Translations under genes and position numbers: made by a program
Shown: positions 24,955-32,000 of the stretch, piece after piece
Position numbering within the stretch: position 1 is the stretch's first letter
Layout: each line of letters starts with the position of its first letter
DNA from: an uncultured Chloroflexia bacterium
GTDB lineage: Bacteria; Chloroflexota; Ktedonobacteria; Ktedonobacterales; JADMIN01
Direction of reading: 5' to 3'
Assembly: GCA_963718915.1 (NCBI GenBank)
Contig: CAVRAI010000003.1
Span: 1-32,000 of the forward strand
Length of the DNA: 32,000 bases
Notes under the pieces: generated by a model
Databases searched by the model: none
What the model was told of the DNA's origin: nothing
The model's input: only the letters and a program-made list of their open reading frames with translations

Positions 24955-26055
24955 ATGGCAGAGCACATAATGACCGCGAGAGCTATTCAGATGAAGCGTC
25001 TGAAAGAACGTGTCAGGCCACTGCTCCGCTTCTGGCAGAAGGTGAGCAATGACTGGGTCTTCAATCTGTCGGGCTTGCTGGCCTATAACATCCTGATGAC
25101 CATGTTCCCGATTCTGCTGGCGCTGCTGGCCATTGCCGGATTCATCCTCAGCACAGTCTCGCCCGGAAGCCAGCAAGCGCTGGTGGAAGCTATCGCCAAC
25201 GCGCTACCGGGAGGCAGCGCAGGGGCAGGTGGCGTTGTGGCGCAGGTGGCGCTGGACAATCTGCGGCGCGAGGCAGGCGTGCTCTTTATCATCGCGCTGC
25301 TGACGGCGATCTTCACTGGCTCCCGGCTCTTCATCACGCTGGAGAGCTGCTTTGGCGTGATCTTCCGGCTGCGTGGCCGCAGCATCCTCCGCCAGAATCT
25401 GATGGCCATCGGGATGCTGATGCTCTACGTCGTGCTGGCGCCGATATTTCTGCTGGCGTCGTTTGTGCCGCAGGCGATCATCAACGCTATCGAGCAAAGC
25501 AACGCTGGGGCAGTGGTCAATGGCCTGCTGATTCACCTGATTGGTCTGCTGGTCGCGTTTGTCGTCGCGCTGGCGCTCTTTAGCGTGATCTATATCGTCG
25601 TGCCCAATCGCCGGGTGCGCCCCTCCGAGGTATGGCGCGGCACGCTTCTAGCGGCGGGACTGCTGGTGCTCTACGAGCTGCTTTTTCCGATCTACGAGAC
25701 CATCGCGCTCCGGCCCGACAACTACGGCTCGGTGGCGGCGTTCGCCATCGTCATCCTGATCTTCTTCTACTACCTGGCGCTTATCCTGTTGTTGGGCGCG
25801 GAGGTGAACTCATGGGCATCTGGCCAGCGCGAGACCGCGGGCGATATCGCGGCGATTCTGCATGAGGTGCAGGCGCACAACACCACCCTTGGCGCGGCTG
25901 GGCCAACGGCGGGCATGCCCCAGGAGGACAAGCAACACCACAAGGGCGCGCGGGCGATGGCGACCCCGGAGCGCGCCAGGCAGCACGAGCACGACGATCA
26001 CCATAGCGACGTTCATCCGGCAATCAGGCCGCCAGATGGCGAAAAGCAGCCCTAG
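24955..26055 (+). CDS. YihY/BrkB-family membrane protein
   Basis: N-terminus LLRFWQKVSNDWVFNLSGLLAYNILMTMFPILLALLAI, six hydrophobic segments, and the GS.AA..I.L.WFY-type segment (GSVAAFAIVILIFFYYLALILLLGAEVN). Confidence 0.85.
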   Translation: MAEHIMTARAIQMKRLKERVRPLLRFWQKVSNDWVFNLSGLLAYNILMTMFPILLALLAIAGFILSTVSPGSQQALVEAIANALPGGSAGAGGVVAQVALDNLRREAGVLFIIALLTAIFTGSRLFITLESCFGVIFRLRGRSILRQNLMAIGMLMLYVVLAPIFLLASFVPQAIINAIEQSNAGAVVNGLLIHLIGLLVAFVVALALFSVIYIVVPNRRVRPSEVWRGTLLAAGLLVLYELLFPIYETIALRPDNYGSVAAFAIVILIFFYYLALILLLGAEVNSWASGQRETAGDIAAILHEVQAHNTTLGAAGPTAGMPQEDKQHHKGARAMATPERARQHEHDDHHSDVHPAIRPPDGEKQP

Positions 26056-26558
26056 ATACCGCTGAACGACGGGCGTTGGTAGGCCGGGCGTGGCCCATCG
26101 TAGTCGAGCGCGGCATGCTCGGTGGTGACGATGGTCTTGATGTTGCCGCGCACATTGAACTCCGCCACAACGCGCATCCAGCGCGGCGCGAGCACGCCCA
26201 CCAGATCGTCGAGGATATCGTTGGCGGCGGCCTCGTGGCTGAGCGCGCGGTCGCGATAGCCGTTGATATACAGCTTGAGGCTTTTCAGCTCTACGACCGA
26301 CGGCCCCGGCGCATAGTCGATGACGATGGTGGCGAAGTCGGGATAGCCAGAGCGCGGGCAGAGACAGGTGAACTCTGGTATCTCGAAGTGGATGACGTAG
26401 TCGCGCCCGGTGCGTGGATTGGGCCACGGCTCCAGCCGATTCTCCGCGATCTCCTCGCGGCCATAGATGCCTGGCGTACGCGCGCGTTGCCCATTCTGCC
26501 GTGTCTGTTGCACAGTCTGTTGCGCTCTTTTGCCTGCCGATGTATCAGCCTTCGCCAT
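26052..26558 (-). CDS. queF: NADPH-dependent 7-cyano-7-deazaguanine (preQ0) reductase, type I
   Basis: Catalytic-Cys region EFTCLCPRSGYPDFATIVIDY and QueF motif ELKSLKLYI. GGGGGA SD lies before the ATG at 26558; the ORF-track start at 26609 is probably too long. Confidence 0.9.
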   Translation of the reverse strand: MAKADTSAGKRAQQTVQQTRQNGQRARTPGIYGREEIAENRLEPWPNPRTGRDYVIHFEIPEFTCLCPRSGYPDFATIVIDYAPGPSVVELKSLKLYINGYRDRALSHEAAANDILDDLVGVLAPRWMRVVAEFNVRGNIKTIVTTEHAALDYDGPRPAYQRPSFSGI

Positions 26559-26682
26559 GTGTATTCGTCCCCCACGGAATCGTCCATCCAGCGCCATAAC
26601 CGCCATCATGGCGCCCGGCGCTGCCCATCAGCACATTGTACCGCGCCGCGCCGCGCCGATGCCGTGGGGAGAAGCTGCGGCG

Positions 26683-27126
26683 CTATTTCAGCTTTGTCCC
26701 GCAGGCCGAGCAGAAGGCGGCGCTCCGGCGGACGCTCCGCCCGCACGAGGGGCACGTCGTATGGGTGCTACTGGTGGGCGACGGCGCGTTGGGATCATCC
26801 TTGCGCTGCACGTTGATGCTGATGGTGCCCGGCACGAACGCCTCATTGCGAATCCCGGTGATCTCGGTCTCGCCCCGGTTGATATCGTCGGTGAGCGCTT
26901 TCAGGCGTGCGGCAATCGCCAGCAGCGGCCCCTGGGTCAGCTCGCCGCGCCGGTCCAGATCGAGCAGCACCCCGGCCAGTTGCTCGACCGCAGCCGACCG
27001 CTCGCGCCGCAACAGATCAATCTCACGCTGGCGCGCGCCCGTGCGGCGCACCTTGTCAGCCTCCCAGGCCGCCCGCTCGACGGCGGTGCTGGCTACCCGC
27101 TTGGCGTTCTCGAACATATCCTGCAT
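26683..27126 (-). CDS. hypothetical protein with helical N-terminus and C-terminal zinc-ribbon (CPSCG...CSACG)
   Basis: C-x2-C-x12-C-x2-C at the C-terminus (CPSCGRSVRRSAAFCSACGTKL). The ATG lies 6 nt after the YraN stop, with GAGGAG inside the YraN 3' end. Confidence 0.6.
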   Translation of the reverse strand: MQDMFENAKRVASTAVERAAWEADKVRRTGARQREIDLLRRERSAAVEQLAGVLLDLDRRGELTQGPLLAIAARLKALTDDINRGETEITGIRNEAFVPGTISINVQRKDDPNAPSPTSSTHTTCPSCGRSVRRSAAFCSACGTKLK

Positions 27127-27132
27127 CGCGAA

Positions 27133-27522
27133 CTACTCCTCTTCCAGCGCAATCGCGCTGCGATAATGGCGCACATCGGTCAGTCTGCCGCGTCCATCGA
27201 GCTGAATGGCGATCACATCGATGCGCCAGGGCTGCGTCTCGCGCTGATGCTCCACAAGGTACCACTGCGCGGCGTCGATCAGATGGGCGCGCTTGCGGGC
27301 GGTAATCGCTTCTTCTGGCGTACCATGCGCGACACCCCGGCGCGTCTTCACCTCGACAAACACCAGCTCATCCGCCTCCTCGGCGATCAGATCAAGCTCG
27401 CCATAGACGCAGCGCCAGTTGCGCGCCAGAATGCGATAGCCACGCGCCTCCAGCCAGCCAGCGGCCAGCCGCTCGCCCGCGCCGCCCAAAGCCGCCCGCG
27501 CGTTCGCTTTGCCATCGGTCAT
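27133..27522 (-). CDS. yraN: YraN-family (UPF0102) endonuclease-like protein
   Basis: GERLAAGWLEARGYRILARNWRCVYGELDLIAEEADELVFVEVKTRRG matches the YraN signature (GE.A...L...G..I...N.R...GE.D.I......L.FVEVK.R). Confidence 0.85.
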   Translation of the reverse strand: MTDGKANARAALGGAGERLAAGWLEARGYRILARNWRCVYGELDLIAEEADELVFVEVKTRRGVAHGTPEEAITARKRAHLIDAAQWYLVEHQRETQPWRIDVIAIQLDGRGRLTDVRHYRSAIALEEE

Positions 27523-27549
27523 TCTCAGCCCCTTCTCAGCCCCTTCTCC
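27523..27549. repeat. 11-bp tandem repeat (tctcagcccct, about 2.5 copies) abutting the yraN start codon
   Basis: Copies lie at 27523-27533 and 27534-27544, with partial tctcc at 27545-27549. On the minus strand this reads GAGAAGGGGCTGAGAAGGGGCTGAGA-ATG, so the AAGGGG SD-like element is duplicated. Confidence 0.9.
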
Positions 27550-27807
27550 GTGACCACGCGCAGACGCTCTTGCAAAAGATACGCATCAGCCTGTCCCTGG
27601 GTGGCAGGCTATATCTCGCTATCTCATCTTCCTTCACCGCACTGGCGCGCTCGTCACAGCTATCCTGCCTGCATGCGTCCGTGGGAGAACCCGCCCGCCC
27701 CAACGGGCCATGCGCGCGACGGAACGCCTACCGGAACGTTCCAGATATAGCAGAATCCGCCGCGTGCGCGATATGCTACATCTGTTGCGACGAAAGAAGG
27801 CATATGC

Positions 27808-28527
27808 ATGAGTAGCGCCAGAAGCGCATCTCCCACGATTGTATTTCTTCACGGCTCAGGCGATAGCGCCCAGGTCTGGGACGCCGTCATCGCCTGCCTG
27901 CCGCGGTATACCGCGCTCGCGCTCGATCTGCCGGGGCATGGCGCGTTGCTCGACCGTCCCGGCCCAGCCAGGATGTCTGTGGAGGATTACGCCGGGGCGG
28001 TGCGCGCCGAACTGACACGCCGCACGCTCAGCCATGTCTGTCTGGTGGGCCATTCACTGGGGAGCGCGATTGCGTTACGGATGGCGGTAGACTATCCCGC
28101 GCTGGTCAGCCGGTTGGTGTTGGTGGGAGCGGGCGCGCGTCTGCGTGTGCTGCCTACCCTGCTGGAGCGGGCGCGTACCGACCCGGAGGATGCCAAGACA
28201 GAGTTGGTCGAGCTGGCCTTCGCGCCAGGGCATCAGCAACAGGGGCGTGAATACAACAAACATCTCGCGCCCCTCGCGGCGGGCACGCTGCACCGCGACC
28301 TCGCGGCATGTGACAGCTTCGATATGATGAGCGAACTGGGGCATATCGCGCAGCCAACGCTGGTGCTCACAGGCGAAGAAGACCGCATGACGCCAACCAA
28401 ATACGCCCGCTTCCTGGCCGAGCGGCTGGATAACGCCCGCCTGGTGTTACTGCCCGCTGTTGGACATTACGCCCAGATCGAGGCGCCAGCGGCAATCGCC
28501 GACGCGATCAGCGCCTGGCTGGAATAA
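27808..28527 (+). CDS. alpha/beta hydrolase
   Basis: IVFLHGSGDS, nucleophile elbow GHSLGS, and late Asp (GEEDRMTP) and His (VGHYAQIE). Confidence 0.85.
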   Translation: MSSARSASPTIVFLHGSGDSAQVWDAVIACLPRYTALALDLPGHGALLDRPGPARMSVEDYAGAVRAELTRRTLSHVCLVGHSLGSAIALRMAVDYPALVSRLVLVGAGARLRVLPTLLERARTDPEDAKTELVELAFAPGHQQQGREYNKHLAPLAAGTLHRDLAACDSFDMMSELGHIAQPTLVLTGEEDRMTPTKYARFLAERLDNARLVLLPAVGHYAQIEAPAAIADAISAWLE

Positions 28528-28566
28528 CGACACCACATCCGCCCGTGCGCCGCATCGGCCTCAGTC

Positions 28567-28830
28567 TCAGTCGTGATAGCGATGGCGCTCGACCGTCCGA
28601 ATCTCGGCCCGCACCGCCTGACGCACTCCTATGAGGCGCTGGGCCTCGATCCCCAATGATTCATCCAGCTCGGAGTGGAGCAAAGTGGCCTGCGCGATGA
28701 GACGCATGGCCGTTTCGAGATGCGCCACCGACTCGCGCAGGAGCATCGCTGCATCTTTGGTGTCGGCTGTCAGCGATGTATCATCACTCCTCGCGACGAC
28801 CAGCGGCTGATTCCGCAGAGACTTGGACAT
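28567..28830 (-). CDS. hypothetical small helical protein
   Basis: 87-codon ORF whose codons end mostly in G or C when read by eye. No recognisable motif and a weak SD. Confidence 0.45.
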   Translation of the reverse strand: MSKSLRNQPLVVARSDDTSLTADTKDAAMLLRESVAHLETAMRLIAQATLLHSELDESLGIEAQRLIGVRQAVRAEIRTVERHRYHD

Positions 28831-29170
28831 GGGATATTACTCTTCTTTTCCGCAACGTCTGATAGCGTTCCATTTATAGAGGGTTACCGCAGCTGGATAC
28901 AGATTATCCTGACCCACCTGATAGTCCTGGGTAATAGGCTGAAAAGGCTATCCCGAACCCGCTGCTGATGCGGGAATCGAGCGAGCGTTGGCGCGGCTCT
29001 CGATGTCCACCAGAATACGCAGCTGGTGTCGGCTACAACACGTATATCAGGTTCTCCATAACACCGAATTTCACCTCACCCCGTGGAATCGCCATCAGTT
29101 TGCCTGTACACTGGCGTCTGGCGAGGCCACCCTGTGCGGTGGAGACGAGCATTCATTAAGGAGGAGAACC

Positions 29171-29506
29171 ATGCAGAATCAACCCGATCCCTATGGCGCG
29201 CCCGCGGCAGCAGCGCCGCCAGCGTCGGCGCCAGCAATGGCAGCGAAGCCGGTAAATACCTATGGGCTAAGATCGCTCCTCGCGGCTGTCGGATCGCTGA
29301 TCGTCACGGCCATCACCGCCTTCGCATTCCAGCGCGTCATCATCTACTTCGCGCTGCTCGGCGTCTATGGCGTGTATGCGGGCCTGCGGGGCATCTTCAC
29401 GTCCTTCCGCGTGCCCAGGCGTCAGGGACTGATCACCTCGATTATTGGTCTGATTCTCAGCATCGCGGCCATCATTTTCACCGTGTGGCTCTTCACGCCC
29501 GAGTGA
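29171..29506 (+). CDS. hypothetical membrane protein (Pro/Ala-rich N-terminus followed by three TM segments, DUF4190-like architecture)
   Basis: AAGGAGGAG (29158-29166) lies 4 nt before ATG 29171. The upstream part of ORF 28988..29506 is not protein-like. Confidence 0.6.
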   Translation: MQNQPDPYGAPAAAAPPASAPAMAAKPVNTYGLRSLLAAVGSLIVTAITAFAFQRVIIYFALLGVYGVYAGLRGIFTSFRVPRRQGLITSIIGLILSIAAIIFTVWLFTPE

Positions 29507-29598
29507 GCCTGATTGCCTCGATGGCACGCTTCATGAAACCGCGCCCTCTTCGTGCCCCGGTATGGAGACGTTGAGGGCGCGAGTTGTCTCACGCCACT

Positions 29599-30978
29599 TT
29601 AGGCGGCGGGTTGCTCCAGATTCTGGCCACTGATATCTTCCAGCCCTTTGAGCAGTTGCGTATCGCCCGCCTGCTCGATCTGCTTGAGCGTGTAGTTCGA
29701 GTTCTGCGCCACCAGCGCCGAGACCGGCACGACATCCTTGGGCAGCGTCACCGGCTGGTCGGGCTGGATACCCTTGTTATAGATGGACGAGCCATCCGGC
29801 AGCAGGAACTCCGCGACGCCAAGCAGGACCACCGAGCCATCCGAAAGCGTGAATGGCTGCAGGACGGTGCCGGTGCCAAAGGTCTTCTCGCCGATGACAT
29901 GCACGTCGGGCCGGTTCACCCTGATCGCGCCCGTGACGATTTCCGCCGCGCTGGCGGTGTTGTTATTCACCAGGATCGTCAGCGGGGTATTGGTCGCCAG
30001 GCCGCCAGACTTCACGGCCATGGTCTGCTTGTCCGTCCGGGTGCGCACGATCAGCACATTCTTGTTTGGCCCCGCCGGAATGAACTCGCTGGCGACATCA
30101 ACCGCCTGGTCCAGATAGCCGCCGGGGTTGTCGCGCAGGTCGAGCACGATACCCTGCACATGCGCGGCTTGGGCGGCCTTGAGCGCCTGTTTCAGCTGGT
30201 CATCGGTGCCCTCGGCAAACTGGGTAATCTGGATAAAGGCGATGTTGAGCGACGGAATGATGTAGGGAACCACAATCGGCGACGTGAAGCTATCGCGTAT
30301 CAGCGTGACGTCGAAGGTGGTCGGCGGGGTGGTGCTGGTGCGCTTGATGGTTAGCGTCACCGGCGTCTTGGCCTTGCCGGTAATCAGCGGACGCGCCTGA
30401 TCGATGGTCTTGCCAGTGATGTCCTGGTGGTCCACCGCGATGATGAAGTCGCCCGGCTTCAACTGGCCGTTCTTGGCGGCTGGCGAGTCGGGGATGACGG
30501 CGTCAATCCGTATGGGAGTCGTCCCGCCGCCGCTCAGATAGACACCGATGCCCACCGATGCGGCGTTATTGAGCTGGTTCTGCTCGTCGTCGAACTCCGC
30601 CTTTGTCTGGAAGCGGCTGTGCCCGGTGTCGCCGAGGCTGTTGACCATTGCGTCAATCGCGGCGTAGGCCATCTTCTTGGTGTTGAGCTGGCTCGTGACG
30701 GCAAAGTTGTTGGTGACGGCGTCCCAGGCCTGCAGGATCAGATGTTCGTCGCTCGTCGGCGAGACATAGTTATTCCGATTGACAAAGGCGTTGCCGAACC
30801 AGCCCGAGGCGAACGCGACAATGACCAGCAGCGAGGTTATGACCGTCTGCCAGACCATGCTGCGCGCGTAACCCTGCCGCTGGGCGTAATACTGTATCTC
30901 TGGCGAGGGCTGCGGCGATTGGTAGGGATACCCCGGTGGGGGCGCCTGTACATTGACATTATTCGGGTCGTTCAACAC
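29599..30978 (-). CDS. S41-family C-terminal processing peptidase with PDZ domain
   Basis: N-terminal TM anchor, PDZ segment GQLKPGDFIIAVDHQDITG, and S41 motifs LDLRDNPGGYL and NNNTASAAEIV. The GTG start at 30978 has GGAGG 5 nt upstream. Confidence 0.9.
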   Translation of the reverse strand: MLNDPNNVNVQAPPPGYPYQSPQPSPEIQYYAQRQGYARSMVWQTVITSLLVIVAFASGWFGNAFVNRNNYVSPTSDEHLILQAWDAVTNNFAVTSQLNTKKMAYAAIDAMVNSLGDTGHSRFQTKAEFDDEQNQLNNAASVGIGVYLSGGGTTPIRIDAVIPDSPAAKNGQLKPGDFIIAVDHQDITGKTIDQARPLITGKAKTPVTLTIKRTSTTPPTTFDVTLIRDSFTSPIVVPYIIPSLNIAFIQITQFAEGTDDQLKQALKAAQAAHVQGIVLDLRDNPGGYLDQAVDVASEFIPAGPNKNVLIVRTRTDKQTMAVKSGGLATNTPLTILVNNNTASAAEIVTGAIRVNRPDVHVIGEKTFGTGTVLQPFTLSDGSVVLLGVAEFLLPDGSSIYNKGIQPDQPVTLPKDVVPVSALVAQNSNYTLKQIEQAGDTQLLKGLEDISGQNLEQPAA

Positions 30979-31155
30979 ATTGGCCTCCGGTCATAGTGTC
31001 CTGCGAGATCAAGAAGTCCTCTGGATAGTATTCTGCGTCGGGCAGACGGTCAGAAGCGATAGCCCTCAGCGGTAGCACTATCAGTGTTTACGTGGGAATG
31101 GCCGCGCGGGTAGGGAAACCATTACCCTATTATTCGCTATTATCCGCCATGAGAG

Positions 31156-31190
31156 CAAAAAGCGCCGGAGTACAAATGTGTACCCCGGCG
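31156..31190 (-). terminator. rho-independent terminator downstream of the substrate-binding-protein gene
   Basis: Minus strand: CGCCGGGGTAC-ACATTT-GTACTCCGGCG (11-bp stem with one G-U pair) followed by CTTTTTG. It lies 37 nt after the stop at 31227. Confidence 0.8.
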
Positions 31191-31226
31191 TGAGAAAACG
31201 TACCCGCATCGCGCTCACGTCGCGCG

Positions 31227-32000
31227 CTAGTGGCTGGCGATATAGACGTTTGGCCAGGCAGTGTCCACCATCATCCCAAGCGAGTTCAGGCCGAAGCCAC
31301 GCACCCATGGGCGCTGCCGCCAGAGCGCCTTCGACTGCTCGTAGGGAATCCAGGGCACCTCATTGACGACCATCTGCTCGGCCTGGTTATAGAGCGCCAT
31401 ACGCTTGTTCGGGTCGCGCTCGAGATCGGCCTGTTTGAAGAGCTTATCGAGAGCGGGGTCGTGAATATCCGACGCGTTATTGGCAGTCTGGGCGTTAGGG
31501 TTTTCGAGCGTGGCGGGCGGGTTCGACATAAACTGGAGCGAGAGCCAGTCCTGCGGGTCGGGATAGTCCGCCAGCCAGCCGATCACCCACATCTGGTAGG
31601 GGCCGTGCGCCACAATATACTTGCCAAGACTATCCGTTGGCACCACCTGGATATTGAGGCCCAGGATGGTATTCCACTGCTGCGCCGCAAAGGTGGCGAT
31701 GGCGACTCGCGTCGCGTTCTTGGAAACGTTAATGTTGATCGCCTCTGGGTGGGCGCCGGTGATGTAGGGGCATTCAGGCGGCGCCAGCCCGGTGATTGGA
31801 TTAATCGTAGTGCAGGTGGCGCGCGCCGCCTTCAGCAATTGCTGCGCCTGCGCCTGGTCGCCAGTGAGCGACTGGGTTGGGTTGGAGCCGGGAGTCACCA
31901 GGCCGGTATAGTAGCCCGGCTGCCCCTTCGGCACGATGTGGTTCGTCGGAATCGCGCCGCCATTCTCGACACGGTCCACCAGCAGCTGCTTGTTGAGCGC
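31227..32000 (-). CDS. ABC transporter substrate-binding protein, family 5 (peptide/nickel type), C-terminal part; 5' end outside the window
   Basis: GWLADYPDPQDWL and the C-terminal IPYEQSKALWRQRPWVRGF are typical of SBP_bac_5. The frame stays open to the window edge. Confidence 0.8.
   Translation of the reverse strand, partial: ALNKQLLVDRVENGGAIPTNHIVPKGQPGYYTGLVTPGSNPTQSLTGDQAQAQQLLKAARATCTTINPITGLAPPECPYITGAHPEAININVSKNATRVAIATFAAQQWNTILGLNIQVVPTDSLGKYIVAHGPYQMWVIGWLADYPDPQDWLSLQFMSNPPATLENPNAQTANNASDIHDPALDKLFKQADLERDPNKRMALYNQAEQMVVNEVPWIPYEQSKALWRQRPWVRGFGLNSLGMMVDTAWPNVYIASH

Noticed and set aside
26052-26055. The convergent yihY-family and queF genes share the palindromic tetranucleotide CTAG as overlapping stop codons.
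   Set aside because: The observation is real, but it is a trivial consequence of TAG being part of a palindrome. No functional implication can be supported.
26559-26650. preQ1 riboswitch expected upstream of queF.
   Set aside because: The leader (minus strand, downstream of the TACAAT box) shows no preQ1-I/II-like hairpin with an A-rich tail.

Overview
High-GC bacterial chromosomal segment. Spot counts of single 60-nt lines give 58-68% GC in most genes. I call about 33 protein-coding genes, mostly by motif recognition, because no database search was possible. I recognised no rRNA, tRNA, CRISPR array, transposase or integrase. The content is mixed housekeeping and accessory: DinB, two alpha/beta hydrolases, two TetR regulators, an LLM oxidoreductase, a trans-sulfuration PLP enzyme, MFS, XRE, a tandem-GNAT protein, SnoaL-like, GT1, a PQQ-propeller lipoprotein, two RibD_C paralogues, DprA, a class A flavin monooxygenase, MBL hydrolase, YihY, QueF, YraN, S41 peptidase and a partial family-5 ABC substrate-binding protein. 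The most interesting region is a lower-GC island (about 3.25-8.7 kb; spot counts 45-48% GC). It carries an operon of a repeat protein, a GT-C glycosyltransferase and a cellulose-synthase-like GT2 with a variant Q-x-x-R-W motif, convergent with a GH10 lipoprotein. This is a candidate uncharacterised envelope-glycan system. Two genes (the GH10 and a histidine phosphatase) are broken by single-base frameshifts. There are also in-frame and intergenic tandem repeats, clear TetR operator/promoter architectures, a long structured leader upstream of the XRE gene, and an AT-rich orphan spacer. The taxon cannot be determined from this window; the gene content fits a high-GC soil lineage such as Chloroflexota or Actinomycetota (inference only).
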